This document shows positions 39,323 through 51,800 of a DNA stretch of 64,000 bases, piece after piece. The stretch comes from Massalongia carnosa. Lineage: Eukaryota. Position 1 is the first letter of the stretch; each line of letters starts with the position of its first letter. The stretch spans positions 1,736,001 to 1,800,000 of the forward strand of contig OZ287072.1 of NCBI GenBank assembly GCA_965645245.1, read 5' to 3'. Made by a program: the position numbers and the translations under genes. The notes under the pieces are model-generated. The model worked only from the letters and a program-made list of their open reading frames with translations, was not told the origin of the DNA and did not search any database.

Positions 39323-40896
39323 TATAAGGCGGATAATTCGTCAGCCGATTTTCGTGGATTTAATGCAGTAAACATTTCACAATGTTCATCATTTGATTGA
39401 TGATTTTTATTGCAGTTTGCACATTTCACAACAACGTGTGCACACGCAGTTTTCGATTTGCATGTTATGCATTCATGATTACGTGTTTCATGATTTTGTG
39501 CACAAATATTGCATTTTGATTTGTTTCGACACTGATAATGCTTGTGTCCGAATTTTTGACAATTAATACATTGTGCATTCGGACGAACGGAAGTAAATAT
39601 TTCCGTGTCACAGTGTTTTCTCGCGATATTTACGCCTTTTAACGCGTTTAAGGCCTGATTTCGATCGTTAAAAGTCAAAACGACCGAAGAATTGACTTTA
39701 TTTTCGCGATCTCGCGCTAGCCATCTGGGTAAATCGCACAATTCCATGTTAAGGTTGAATTTCTGGATTTCATTTTGCAAAAATTGCATATTTTGATCAA
39801 ACGTTGCAATATTTACTCCATGTGCGATCACTTTAAACCAGGATTCGTCTTTTCGAATTCTTTGTGCATCGAACATATGTTCCCATATAGATTTGTTTTC
39901 CAACAATTCTGCAGCAGTGTTTTTCGAACTAGTAGTGAGAACGATATTCTGACCGGTTTTCGATTTTTCGACCGTGTTGATTACGATATCTAACTTCGCG
40001 TTGCTGAATTGCGCGTTGATTTGATCTCGAAGTTTCAATGAGTCGATATCGCCGATTTGAATTTTTGGTGTAATTATCAGTCGTCTGAGTTTGATTGCAT
40101 TTAATTCGTCGATTTTGTCGAGTTTGTTCGAGGTTTGACTCGAATTTTTCGATCTGGAAACAGTGGTCCAATTTTCGGAATTCGCAGTTGCTTTTCCAAG
40201 CATTTGACTCCAGGATGGAGGCGTGTTATTGACCTTTGTACTCGTAACCCCGGCGGTTTCCTTTCGTGCGTTCGTGTTGACGACTTTATTTGGATTTTCA
40301 GTCATATTGACTTGTTGAACCCGAGTCGATTTTCGCGTTGTTTCTGAGGTTCGATTACTAGTCTGATCAATTACCTTGTCCAATTTCCAATTCATCATGT
40401 CTAGTGTTGTTTTGATATTAATTGATTTTTTTGTCAATAAGGAATTGACATTATCAATGACTATTGCTGTTTCTGGATTTTGATCTAAGACAAATGACTT
40501 CAATAACGCGGTTTTAGCCGTTTTGAGTAATCCAATCGATTTTGCTCGATTGATTGCTTCTTGGCTTTCCTCTACTCGTTCATCGAATGTTTTTCGTTTG
40601 TTACGTTTGATGGGCGGGCTTAATTCTATATTAGAATTTAACGATGGCATGGGTAGATTGGTAGTAAATTGTCCAGATGGGAATTTGGTTGCTTTTGGGG
40701 TCGGCGTAGTCGGGGCGGAGGAATATTCATGTGATTGATCCATAGGCTCGTCAAGTACAGGCGATTTTTCTATAAGTCCTACTGACGAGAGCCCCGGAGA
40801 TTCCATTTGGGGAGGGATTTGAGGAGTGCTCAGGGGTGTTCCCGGGGAGGCTCTCGATATAATTCGTCGAGTCCTAGGGAGTACCGGATTGAACAT
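39322..40896 (-). CDS. ORF1 gag-like protein, subfamily C, 524 aa
   Basis: Intact ATG-to-TAA frame with a Pro/Ser-rich N-terminus and C-terminal Cys/His knuckles; overlaps the ORF2 ATG (TAATG). Confidence 0.9.
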   Translation of the reverse strand: MFNPVLPRTRRIISRASPGTPLSTPQIPPQMESPGLSSVGLIEKSPVLDEPMDQSHEYSSAPTTPTPKATKFPSGQFTTNLPMPSLNSNIELSPPIKRNKRKTFDERVEESQEAINRAKSIGLLKTAKTALLKSFVLDQNPETAIVIDNVNSLLTKKSINIKTTLDMMNWKLDKVIDQTSNRTSETTRKSTRVQQVNMTENPNKVVNTNARKETAGVTSTKVNNTPPSWSQMLGKATANSENWTTVSRSKNSSQTSNKLDKIDELNAIKLRRLIITPKIQIGDIDSLKLRDQINAQFSNAKLDIVINTVEKSKTGQNIVLTTSSKNTAAELLENKSIWEHMFDAQRIRKDESWFKVIAHGVNIATFDQNMQFLQNEIQKFNLNMELCDLPRWLARDRENKVNSSVVLTFNDRNQALNALKGVNIARKHCDTEIFTSVRPNAQCINCQKFGHKHYQCRNKSKCNICAQNHETRNHECITCKSKTACAHVVVKCANCNKNHQSNDEHCEMFTALNPRKSADELSAL

Positions 40897-42078
40897 GATT
40901 TAATAAATAAATCGATATGCCTTTTCAATATCCCTTTTATCACCACCAAATAATTTATTCTGATGTTACCCGGACGTACTAATCAGAATAGAAATTTACA
41001 CCAATTTACAGGTCTAACGACTCTTGCTTTCCTATCCCTATTTATATGACAATAACTCGTCAAATAAATCCTAATCGGGTTAAAATAGACCGTTCCTCGC
41101 TTAGGCAGTAAATCTTATTTAACCCTTTACCAGACACTACAATAGTTGAAAATAATGAAAGGTTTTTTTTTTGGCTTTTTTGCGATAAAAATAGATCTAA
41201 GGCAAGGTAAGATAATAAGAGACTTCCTATTCTGATTAATCTGAAATAGGATCTTTGGTATAATCCTATTCCAGACGTTTTTCCCCTTCTTTTCAGTGAT
41301 CTGTTGACCGGCCGTTCAATGGAGATCGATAAAGCTTAAAATGGTATATGCAGAAATTATACGTGAAATATACTGTGAATATTTGAGCTTGCGGAAGTTC
41401 CCGTAACCTTAAATGAGAAATGAACTTCAAAAAAGTTGGTCGTCGCGACAGTTGTTGTACAGTACCGCGACAGTAGATATTTTTTGTAGATAATTCTTGT
41501 AGTAATAATTGAGGGTAATGCGACAACAGAACAGAAGAAAGTGAGAAAAAAGAGCGATTTTTGGTGATATTGTTGGTATTTGGTGTTTTTTATAACTTCT
41601 TGAGCGCGCTTTATCACGTCTGTCGCGTGCGACCAGCAGAAAATCTCTGCTGGAGCTTTGCTAGAGCTCTCCTACACTCAATCTGAGTCCGTTTTTGCTC
41701 TGGAGGAGCTCAAATGACTGAGAAAGAGATGTTCAATTGACTGTGAAAGTTTTAGAGTATCAAAAGTTGCGGTACTTGTGTTTCGATCGATCATGAAGTT
41801 ATTCGATTTGAACTTATCGCGTCTTTCAAGAACTTGACGTCACACTTTTTTATTTTATTTATTCATTAAGTGTATTCAACCTAAGGTTATGACACTAAAC
41901 TATTTTAAGATATGGTTTTATTTTACAAATAAATCAACCCTTTATAACCCAACTATGTATCGTCAATATTGCCCCGTTTTTACTCCGTGTTAGTAACAAC
42001 CTTTAGTAATCGAAATATCGATTTTAAAATTTGTTTTTGTAAAGCTCGTAAATATTCCAGCATAAATCATTTCTAATT

Positions 42079-45000
42079 TTACTGTTCGATCTCTCCCCAA
42101 CCTCCCGTTTCGATTTTTTCGTCATCGAGCTGACCTAGCATCCAGTTTCTAGTCGCGATTTTGTTATCAACAATAAATTTAATCAAAATATTATTTCCGA
42201 TCCTAGTATTAAACAACATTTTTAAAGTAATTGTGGTATCAATATTTTGTTTCATGTTTAGGATTTCATTTGAATAATGTATGCAATTCATCAATAAGTG
42301 TTCTGGCGTTTGACGTTCGTTGCAGCGCCCTGTGCATTTTGACGAATTATAATCTTTCAATCGGTGCAGATATGATCGAAAATAACCGTGTCCGAATTTC
42401 ATTTGCATAATAGTTGCAAATATTAATTTAGAACAATTATTCGACAGATAATAAAAACTCGTTTTGCCCGGCTGCATTTCGAATTTCTCATAGTATTTGC
42501 CTTTTGACTTGCATTGTTGCCATTGATTCGCCCATGTGGCTAACATATTTCGATTTATTTGACCCTTCACATAATCAAATGTTATTATCGAAGACTCGAC
42601 TAGGATTCGACTATGTCCCGCTTTTGCTGCTTTATCTGCAATTTCATTTTCGACGATTTTCGAATGACCAGGAATCCATTGTAGAACCACCTGATAATTG
42701 TTTCCGAATAAACATTTCGAGAATTTTCGAATTTGTTTTGCGTAAGTATGATTTGTCAAGTTCTGAATTTCGTTTATCGCGTTTATGCTATCGGAAAAAA
42801 TCCAAATCGTTTTTTCCAAATTGAAGAGAATATTCGCAATTGTCAATTTGTATGCCCATTTTATTGCTTGTAGTATCGCATACAGTTCAGCGTTTTTAAC
42901 GCTTGACTGTTTGTTTAATTTCCAGCTTTTCGAAATCGTATGATGTTTGAGGAGACAATCTTTTTCGATAAAACGATTGAAGTTATCGGTGAAATTGTTC
43001 CAATTTCGCGTAATTGGTGCAAATTTGACAGCGGAAGTTGAAAACTCGGTTTTTGATCCATCGGTATAGAGTAAAATTTGCGATTTATCGGCGTTTATTG
43101 ATTGAATTTTTGATAAAGTCGAATAATAACTTGACTTTGCTGTTTCTTTTGATCTTTCGATTTGGAACTTGATTTTACAAGACGGCTTCCATGGTTTGAT
43201 GAAATTATTTACTGATTCGAATTCATCAGTTTTGTGAACTATATCCGAAACGGAATGAAGAATACGGATAAGCTGACTAGGATGAGGTTTACTCGATTTT
43301 TTCTCGTCTTCGTTCCATTCAGCATATCTGTTGTTCCATAAACTAGTGTCAAAACCGATGTTTTCAAATTTCACCGTATAGGTACTGGGAATTCTTTGAC
43401 AAATAGGATTATTTTCGGCAATCTTCAATAATCGAATTGCGTATTTTTGATTTTTCATCAACAATCGTAGCTTGGCTGGTAAAATATGCGATTCAATTTC
43501 CATCGCCTGAACAGGCGTCGTTTTGAATGTGCCTAAAATCTTTCGAATCATTCGATTTTGCAGATTCTGAAATAGCTTTTCATATTTCTTTTGACCGTTA
43601 TACCAGATTTCTGAGCCATAGTCCGAAATAGGAATAATGCATGACAAATAGAGCTGTCTGCATGCAGTTGGCTTTAGTCCCCATTCAGACTTCATCAAAT
43701 TTTGAATTGCGAAAAACGATCGATTTGCAGAAGCAATTCGCGTTTCGACGTGTTTTTTGTAATTTAGTTTTCGGTCTAACCAGACTCCTAACCATTTGAC
43801 AGAATTTTTCGGTTCTAGTATTGTCCCGTTTGGTAATTGCACTTTGTCTTTTGATGTATTTCTTGACTTTTCGAAGTGAATCAACTCAGATTTGTCGTCA
43901 TCAAATTTGACATTATTCGTTGCGGCCCAATCAAAAGCTGTTTTGACAATAATTTCGATTTCTTTGCAATTCTGTGTGGCAGTTTTATTTTCGACATATA
44001 TTGCAACATCGTCTATAAAGCTAGGTGAATGAGCATTGAATTTCATTCGTATTTTCGGAAATAAGTAACGAATATAAATCAGAAATAGAATTGGCGAAAT
44101 TGGTGAACCTTGTGGAATTCCAGATTCTATATAGTACGTTTTGCTTTTGTGTTCATCGAATATCAAATTGATCGATCGTTTTGTCATAAAATGCTTGACC
44201 CATTGAATAACTATGCGAGATAAATGCAGCTTTTTCATGACATTTATCAATTGATTAATCGAAACAAAGTCAAATGCTCCTTTGACATCGAGTAATAGAC
44301 ATGATAAAACGTTTTTGTTTCGGTTTGCGATTTCGATATCATGAACGACGTTCAGTACCGCATCGATTGCAGAATGATTTTTCCCTCCGCCCATTTGTTC
44401 GGTATCTAACAAGCTCGAATTTTCGCCGAGGTAGGCTAGTCGATTAGCAACTATTTTCTCCGCAATTTTACCAAGACAATTCAGTAAGGTAATAATTCGA
44501 TATGATTTTGGCAGCGAGTAGTCTGGTTTATTAGGTTTTTTTAAAACAGCACCGGGTCCTGTTCGCCAACATAACGGGTGATAACCGATTTGTATAAATT
44601 TAGAATAAATAATAAAAAACACGTTTTTCAATGGTTGAAACGATTTTTGAATTATTGTGAAATTGATTGTATCAGGCCCACATGATTTCTTTGGATTAAA
44701 CAAACTAAACGCATTTTGCAATTCATTTTCGGTTAAATTCGGCCAATTGTTGTCATTTTCGCTGTCTTGATTCGTTAAATCTTCAATATTATCATCAGTG
44801 AACGGGTTTTTTGTGTACATTGCTGACACAAACGCATGGCATTTGTGATCGAATTGAACATTTAACTTATTTTCATATTGAATAGGGGGTATTTTTTCGA
44901 ACATGCGCGGTTTAGTGTATTTATAAGCTGTAAATACGTCTTTATTCGCTGCGTTTTCGAGGAAAGCCAACCAAGTTTGCTGTTTCGCTTTTCGAATTGC

Positions 45001-46092
45001 ATGAAAGTACTCGATTCGACTATGTCTAAATGTTTGATGACTAAAATAGGACGGATTATTCTTCCATTCTCGACGATGTCTACACATGATTTTTCGAAGT
45101 CCGGATAAATCTTGCGACCACCAATTTTTCGATTTTGCGCATATTTTTGTCTTCGGAATAAACATTTCAGCCGCGTTTTTGATAACGTTTTGCAAATATA
45201 ACGCTGATTCATCAAATTGATAATTGTCCAATAGACTTTGTATTTGGGACTCGTAGTTTATTGCATTTTCGTCTAGAAACTTCGCGAATTTATCCCAATC
45301 GGCTTTATTGCAGTTGTATTTATTCGATAATGCGGTTGCGTGTGTCGTCAAGTTCTTGAAAGACGCGATAAGTTCAAATCGAATAACTTCATGATCTGAA
45401 CCCGTGACTGCGTTTTCATCGATTGACCAATTTGTAATTGCGTTTTAGATTTTAGAATTTGCAAATGTTAAATCAATAATAGATGAAGAGTTTCCTGAAT
45501 GAGCAAAAAATGTATATAGATCAGGCGTATTTATCAAACTACATTTGTTTAATTTTAACCATTTGACTAGATTTTCTGATCGAATTGCATTTTGAATCTT
45601 CGAATTCCACCAGCTATGATGTGCATTGAAATCTCCACATATGACAAATTGATCAGTTGATATAGGTTGATATTTAACTAAAAGTCGATCGATTGTATAT
45701 GTTTCTCGATCGTTTAGACTTTTTTCATTGTAAAGGTTAAAGATCTGCACTTTTCGAACTTCATCAATTGTAATTTCGATAATTTGCAGATCAGTATCGT
45801 TTATAAGATCCGTTCTAGGCGTGCATTGTAATTTTGGATTGCATTTTGTAACGAATATAGCTACTCTCGGCCGATAAGTCGCTATTTTCGGCATAATACA
45901 TGTGAATGACGGATGGGAAATTGTTTTTTGATCTCGCGTCCACGGTTCCTGAAATAAAACAATATCAACACGATTTAATACTGCATATTCCAGACACGAA
46001 ATCATTGCATTCGTTGACTTTGCACAATTATGTTGAATAAATTTGACATTTTGTGTATTTTCGATATTTGTCAACGAATGTTGTCCCGCCAT
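42079..46092 (-). pseudogene. ORF2, 1337 codons with a single premature stop at 45445
   Basis: 215-aa and 1090-aa ORFs in the same frame; EN, RT, RNase H and CCHC motifs all present. Confidence 0.93.
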
Positions 46093-47675
46093 TAACCAAG
46101 CATTAATTCATCATTCGATTTTCTAGGATTTAGCGAGATAAACATTTCGCAACCTATATCGTTCGATTGATGATTTTTGTTGCAATTGACGCATTTCAGA
46201 ATTGCATGTGCGCATGCGATTTTAGACTTGCATGTTGTGCATTCATGATTATGCGTTTCATGACTTTGTGCGCATATATTGCATTTTGCCGGACTTTTGC
46301 ATTGATAATGCTTATGTCCAAATTTCTGACAATTAATACATTTCGTGTTTGGACGAACGGAAGCAAATATTTCCGTGTCACAATGTCTACCCGCGATATT
46401 CACACCTCTTAACGCGTTTGACGCTTGATTTTGATTATTGAAAGTCAAAACTACCGACGACGTGACTTTGTTTTGACGATCCCGAGCAAGCCATCTTGGT
46501 AAATCGCATAGTTGCATATTCGAATTGTATTTTTCGATTTCGGTTTGCAAATATTGCATGTTATTATCGAATAACGAGATATTTACTCCGTGTGCTATGA
46601 CTTTAAACCAGGATTCGTCTTTTCGAATTCTTTGTGATTCGAAAATGTGTTCCCATGAAGATTTATTTTTCAACAATTCTTCGGCATTGTTGTCAGGGCT
46701 AGTGGTGAGAACGATATTCTGACCGGTTTTGGACTTTTCAACAGTATTGACGATGATGTTTAAATTTGCGTTTTTTAATAGCTCGTTAATTTGATCACGC
46801 AGCTTCATAGAGTCGATTTGAGCGTCAGGATTTTTCGGTGAAATTACGAGTCGTCTGGCCTTGATTGCATCAAATCGATCGACTTTGTTCGAATTATGAT
46901 TCGAACTTTTCCTTTGATTAGTAGTCCAATTTTCGGAGTTTTCGGTTTCTTTTCCAAGCATTTGACTCCATGTACCGGTTGTGCTAACATTGTTACCAGA
47001 GACCCCGGTGGCTCCTTTGCGAATGGTCTGATTTTCGATAATTGAATTTTCGTTCAATTTAACAACAGGTTTTTGGATTTTTGGACCATTCTGTAGTGGA
47101 GTCGTTTGTTGTTGTGACGTTTTTGAGGAAAGATGACTAGTTTGATCAAGTACTATGCCCATTTTATAGTTAATCATATCTAAGGATGTTTGTAAATTGA
47201 TTGATTTTTTCGAAATCAACGAATTAACGTTGTCAATTACGATAGCCGTTTGTGGATTTTGGTCCAGTACAAATGATTGCAATAATGCTTTTTTGGCCGA
47301 CTTTAGAAGCTCAATTGAATTTGCCCGATTGATCGCTTCTTGGCTATCTCTCGAATGTTCGTCAAATGTGCGTATTTTATTTCGTTTGATTGGTGGGCTT
47401 GATCCAATATTTAAGTTCAATGAAGGCATCGGCAAGATAGTGGAAAATGGACCCGATGGGAATTTCGTTGCCTTTGGTGTCGGTGTGGACGGGGCTGATG
47501 CATATTCGCGAGTTTGATCCATAGGTTCAAGACGGGGAGAGCTCCCTATCAACGCCACCGGATATGGTCCGGGGGAGTGTCGGGGGGGGGCCGGGTAAGG
47601 GGTCGATAGGGGGGCGGGACCGGCTGGGGGTGGTGTCCTTGGTATATTCCGGCGGTTCATTACCGCGTTAAACAT
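46092..47675 (-). CDS. ORF1 gag-like protein, subfamily A, 527 aa
   Basis: Intact frame with Cys/His knuckles and TAATG overlap with ORF2. Confidence 0.92.
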   Translation of the reverse strand: MFNAVMNRRNIPRTPPPAGPAPLSTPYPAPPRHSPGPYPVALIGSSPRLEPMDQTREYASAPSTPTPKATKFPSGPFSTILPMPSLNLNIGSSPPIKRNKIRTFDEHSRDSQEAINRANSIELLKSAKKALLQSFVLDQNPQTAIVIDNVNSLISKKSINLQTSLDMINYKMGIVLDQTSHLSSKTSQQQTTPLQNGPKIQKPVVKLNENSIIENQTIRKGATGVSGNNVSTTGTWSQMLGKETENSENWTTNQRKSSNHNSNKVDRFDAIKARRLVISPKNPDAQIDSMKLRDQINELLKNANLNIIVNTVEKSKTGQNIVLTTSPDNNAEELLKNKSSWEHIFESQRIRKDESWFKVIAHGVNISLFDNNMQYLQTEIEKYNSNMQLCDLPRWLARDRQNKVTSSVVLTFNNQNQASNALRGVNIAGRHCDTEIFASVRPNTKCINCQKFGHKHYQCKSPAKCNICAQSHETHNHECTTCKSKIACAHAILKCVNCNKNHQSNDIGCEMFISLNPRKSNDELMLG

Positions 47676-48409
47676 GGATTTATAAATAAATCGATGTTGC
47701 CTTTGCTATATCCCCTTTATCGCCACCAAATAATTTATTCTGACGTTCCCCGGACGTAATAGTCAGATTAGAGAGATTTTACGCCGATTTACTGGTCTAA
47801 AGACTCTTGCTTTCCAAACCCTATTTATTTGACAATAACAAGTCAAATAAATCCTAGTCGAGTTAAAATAGACCGTTCCTCGCTTAGGCAATAGATCTTA
47901 TTTAACTCTTTACCTTGACACTACGATATATGGAATATAATAAGAATTTTACGATCGAACAGAAAATTTTTTTTTTTTTTTTTAAAAAATGTTTTTGATC
48001 CAGAAATAAAAATCAAGTACAATGAGAGAGAGGAGACTTCCTATTCTGGTTAGCCTGAAACAGGGCCTTTGGTTTAACCCTATTTCAGACGTTTTTCCCC
48101 TTCGTTTCAGCAGATTGTTTGTCGGCAGTTCAACGAAAATCGAAAAAACCCAAAATGGAATAGTGTATACGGTACCGGTAACCTTAAATTTCAAATGAAC
48201 AACAAGAAGTTTTGTTGTCTCGAGAACAGGTTGTACAGTTACGCGACAGTGATGATATTTTGTAGATAATTTTTGTGATAATAGATGAGATCTATGCGAC
48301 AATTAAACCGAAGAAATATCGAAAATCGAGCGGTTTTTGACGTTGTTGTTGGTGTTTTTGTGTTTTGTAGATTTTTTGGACGCGCTTTTTGGTGAAGGGG
48401 CGGACAGAC

Positions 48410-48533
48410 AATATTGACGATACATAGATGGGTTATAAAGTGTTGATTTATTTGTAATATAGAAACATATCCTAAAATAGTTTAGTGTCATAACCTTAGG
48501 TTGAATACACTTAATGAATAAATAAATAAAAAA
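48410..48533 (+). mobile_element. ~125-bp 3'UTR-only LINE copy (C-type) with A-tail
   Basis: Matches 5461-5585. Confidence 0.85.
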
Positions 48534-48822
48534 TACTGCATATTCCAGACACGAAATCATTGCATTCGTTGACTTTGCAAAATTATGTTGAATAAATTTG
48601 ACATTTTGTGTATTTTCGATATTTGTCAACGAATGTTGTCCTGCCATTAACCAAGCATTAATTCATAATTCGATTTTCTAGGATTTAGCTAGATAAACAT
48701 TTCGCAACCTACATCGTTCGATTGATGATTTTTGTTGCAATTGACGCATTTCAAAATTGCATGTGCGCATGCGATTTTAGACTCGCATGTTCTGCATTCA
48801 TGATTATGCGTTTCATGACTTT
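48534..48822 (-). mobile_element. Subfamily A fragment spanning the ORF1 end and ORF2 start
   Basis: Reads ...SHETHNHEC...ELMLG*/MAGQHSLTN...EYAV on the minus strand. Confidence 0.85.
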
Positions 48823-51800
48823 TTTTAATTTTTTTTTATTCATTAAGTGTATTCAACCTAAGGTTATGACACTAAACTATTTTAGGATATGTTTCTATAA
48901 TACAAATAAATCAACCCTTTATAACCCATCTATGTATGTATCGTCAATTTTCCCCCGTTTTTACTCCGTGTTAGTAACAACCTATAGTAATCGAGAAATT
49001 ATCGATTTTATAATTTGTCTTAGTAAGTTCGTAAATGTTTCAACATAAATCATTTCTAATTTTACTGTTCGATCTCTCCCCAGCCTCCCGTTTCAACAAT
49101 TTCGTCATCAAGCTGACCTAGTATCCATTTTCTAGTCGCGATTTTGTTATTGACAATGAATTTAATCAAAATGTCATTTCCAATTTTTGTATTAAACAAC
49201 ATATTCAAGTTGATAGTAGTATCGGCATTTTGTTTCATGTTATGAATTTCAACGAAATAGTGAATACAATTCAATAACAAGTGTTCTGGCGTTTGTCATT
49301 GATTGCATCTATTTGTGCATTTTGACGAATTATAATCTTTCAATCGATGTAAATATGATCGAAAATAACCGTGTCCGAATTTTAATTGCATAATAGTGGC
49401 AAATATCGATTTGGAGCAGTTGTTTGATAAATAATAAAAACACGATATGCCAGGTTGCATTTCTAATTTCTCATAGTATTTGCCTTTCGATTTGCATTGT
49501 TGCCATTGATTCGTCCATGTAGTTAGCATATTTTGATTTATTTAATCTTTTAAATAGTCAAATTTTATCGCCGAGGACTCGACTAGGATTCGATTATGTC
49601 CCGTCTTTGCTGTTTTGTCTGCAATTTCGTTTTCGGTAAATTTTCGAATGACTCGGAATCCATTGCAAAATCACCTGATAATTGCTTTCAAATAATCGTT
49701 TTGCGAGCTTTCGAATTTGTCTTGCAAAAAAATTATTTGTCAAGTTCTGAATTTCTTTTATCGCATTTATGCTATCAGAAAAAATCCAAATCGTTTTTTC
49801 TAAGTTCGATAAAATATTAGTATTCGACAATTTATAGACCCATTTCATTGCTTGTAAAATCGCATGCAGTTCAGCATTTTCAATGCTTGACTGTTTGCCT
49901 AATTTCCAGCTTTTCAAAATCGTATGATAATTGAGCAGACAATCTTTTTCGATAAATCTATCAAAATTATCAATAATATTATTCCAATTCCGCAAAATTG
50001 CTGCAAATGTGACTGCAGACGTTGCGAATTCGATTTTTGATCCATCAGTATAAAGTAAAACTCGGGATTTATCAGAGTTCATTGATTGAATTTTTGATAA
50101 GGTCGAATAATAACTTGATTTTGCAGATTCTTTTGTATTTTCGATTTGAAATTCGATTTTGCATGACGATTTCCAACGTTTAATGAAATGATTTACTTGC
50201 TCAAATTCATCAGTTCCGTGAACTATGTCAGAAACGGAATGAAGAACGCGAATAAGCTGACTAGGGTGTCGTTTATTTGTCTGTTTTTGATCTTCGTTCC
50301 ATTCGGCATATTTGTTGTTCCATAAGCTAGTGTCAAAACCGATGTTTTCATATTTTATCGAATATGTGTTTGGAATTCTTTGACAAATGGGATTATTTTC
50401 GGCAATCTTCAATAATCAAATTGCGTATTTTTGATTTTTCATTAATAATCGAATTTTGACTGGTAAAACATGTGATTCAATTTCCATCGACTGAACAGGT
50501 GTGGTTTTGAAAGTTCCTAAAATTTTCCGAATCATTCGATTTTGCAAATTCTGAAATAGTTTTTCATATTTCTTTTGACCATTATACCAAATTTCTGAAC
50601 CGTAGTCCGAAATAGGAACAAAGCATGACAAATAGAGCTGTCTGCATGCGGTCGGTTTCAGACCCCATTCGGATTTCATCAAATTCTGAATTGCAAAAAA
50701 TGATCGATTCGCAGAAGAGATTCGCGTTTCGACATGTTTTTTGAAATTTAGTTTTCGGTCTAGCCAGACGCCAACCATTTGATTACATTTTTCTTTTCTA
50801 GTAGTGTCCCGTTTGGTAATTCCAATGTGTCTTTCGATACATTTCTTGTCTTTTCGAATTGAATCAGCTCGGATTTTTCGTTATCAAATTTGACATTATT
50901 CGATGCGGCCCAATCAAAAGCTGTTTTGACTATGATTTCGATTTCTTTGCAATTTTGTTTTGCAGTTTTATTTTCGACATATATTGCAACATCGTCAATA
51001 AAACTGGGAGAATGTGCATTAAATTTCATTCGAATTTTCGGAAACAAGTGACGAATGTAAATCAGAAATAGAATAGGCGAGATTGGTGAACCTTGTGGAA
51101 TTCCTGATTCGACAAAATATGTTTTGCTTTTGTTTCATCGAATATCAAATTGATCGATCGTTTTGTCATGAAATGCTTAACCCATTGAATTATTATTCGA
51201 GATAATTTCAGCTTTTTCATTAAATTTAGCAGTTGATTAATCGAGACAAAGTCAAATGCGCCTTTGACATCGAGTAATAAACAGGATAAAACGTTTTTAT
51301 TTCGATTCGCAATTTCGATATAATGAACGATAGTCATTACTGCGTCAATTGCAGAATGATTTTTGCGTCCGCCCATCAATTCGATATCGAGTAAATTCGA
51401 TTTTTCGCCGAAGTAGGCTAGTCGATTTGCAACGATTTTGTCAGCAATTTTACCAAGACAATTTAGTAATGTGATAATTCGATATGATTTGGGAAACGAA
51501 TAGTCTGATTTATTAGGTTTTTTCAGAACTGCACCGCGTCCTGTCCGCCAGCATAACGGGTGATAACCGATTCGAATGAATTTCGAATAAATCATGAAAA
51601 ACACGTTTTTCAACGATTGAAACGATTTTTGAACAATTGTAAAATTGATTGCATCAGGTCCACATGCTTTCTTCGGATTAAATAATAATCGCATTTTGCA
51701 GCTCGTTTTCGGTCAAATCTGGCCAATTATCATCATTTTCGCTGAATTGAACTTTTGATTCGTAGTTGATTGAATTTTCGTCTAGAAACCTCGCGAATTT

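Larger units (their letters stand above)
35076..41788 (-). mobile_element. Essentially full-length subfamily C LINE (6.7 kb)
   Basis: 5'UTR, ORF1, ORF2, 3'UTR and poly-T; TSD gatcatgaagtt at 35064-35075 and 41789-41800. Confidence 0.95.
31957..41845 (+). mobile_element. Subfamily A LINE with full 5' end, frameshifted/deleted ORF1 (32888-34368) and endonuclease; pieces 31957-35075 and 41789-41845
   Basis: 5'UTR matches 55193-56086; TAATG at the ORF junction; host resumes at 41789 (HEVIRFELIAS). Confidence 0.88.
41846..48409 (-). mobile_element. Near full-length subfamily A LINE (first ~165 nt of 5'UTR missing; no TSD)
   Basis: Poly-T at 41846; ORF1 46092-47675; ORF2 42079-46092; 5'UTR to 48409. 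Confidence 0.93.

Noticed and set aside
47982..48302. Recurring ~100-aa ORFs in the 5'UTR (also 32270, 55466, 58086, 19950) as a possible ORF0
   Set aside because: They have non-ATG starts, and the similar peptide blocks switch frames between subfamilies; nucleotide and structure conservation explains them. Non-AUG translation is not excluded.
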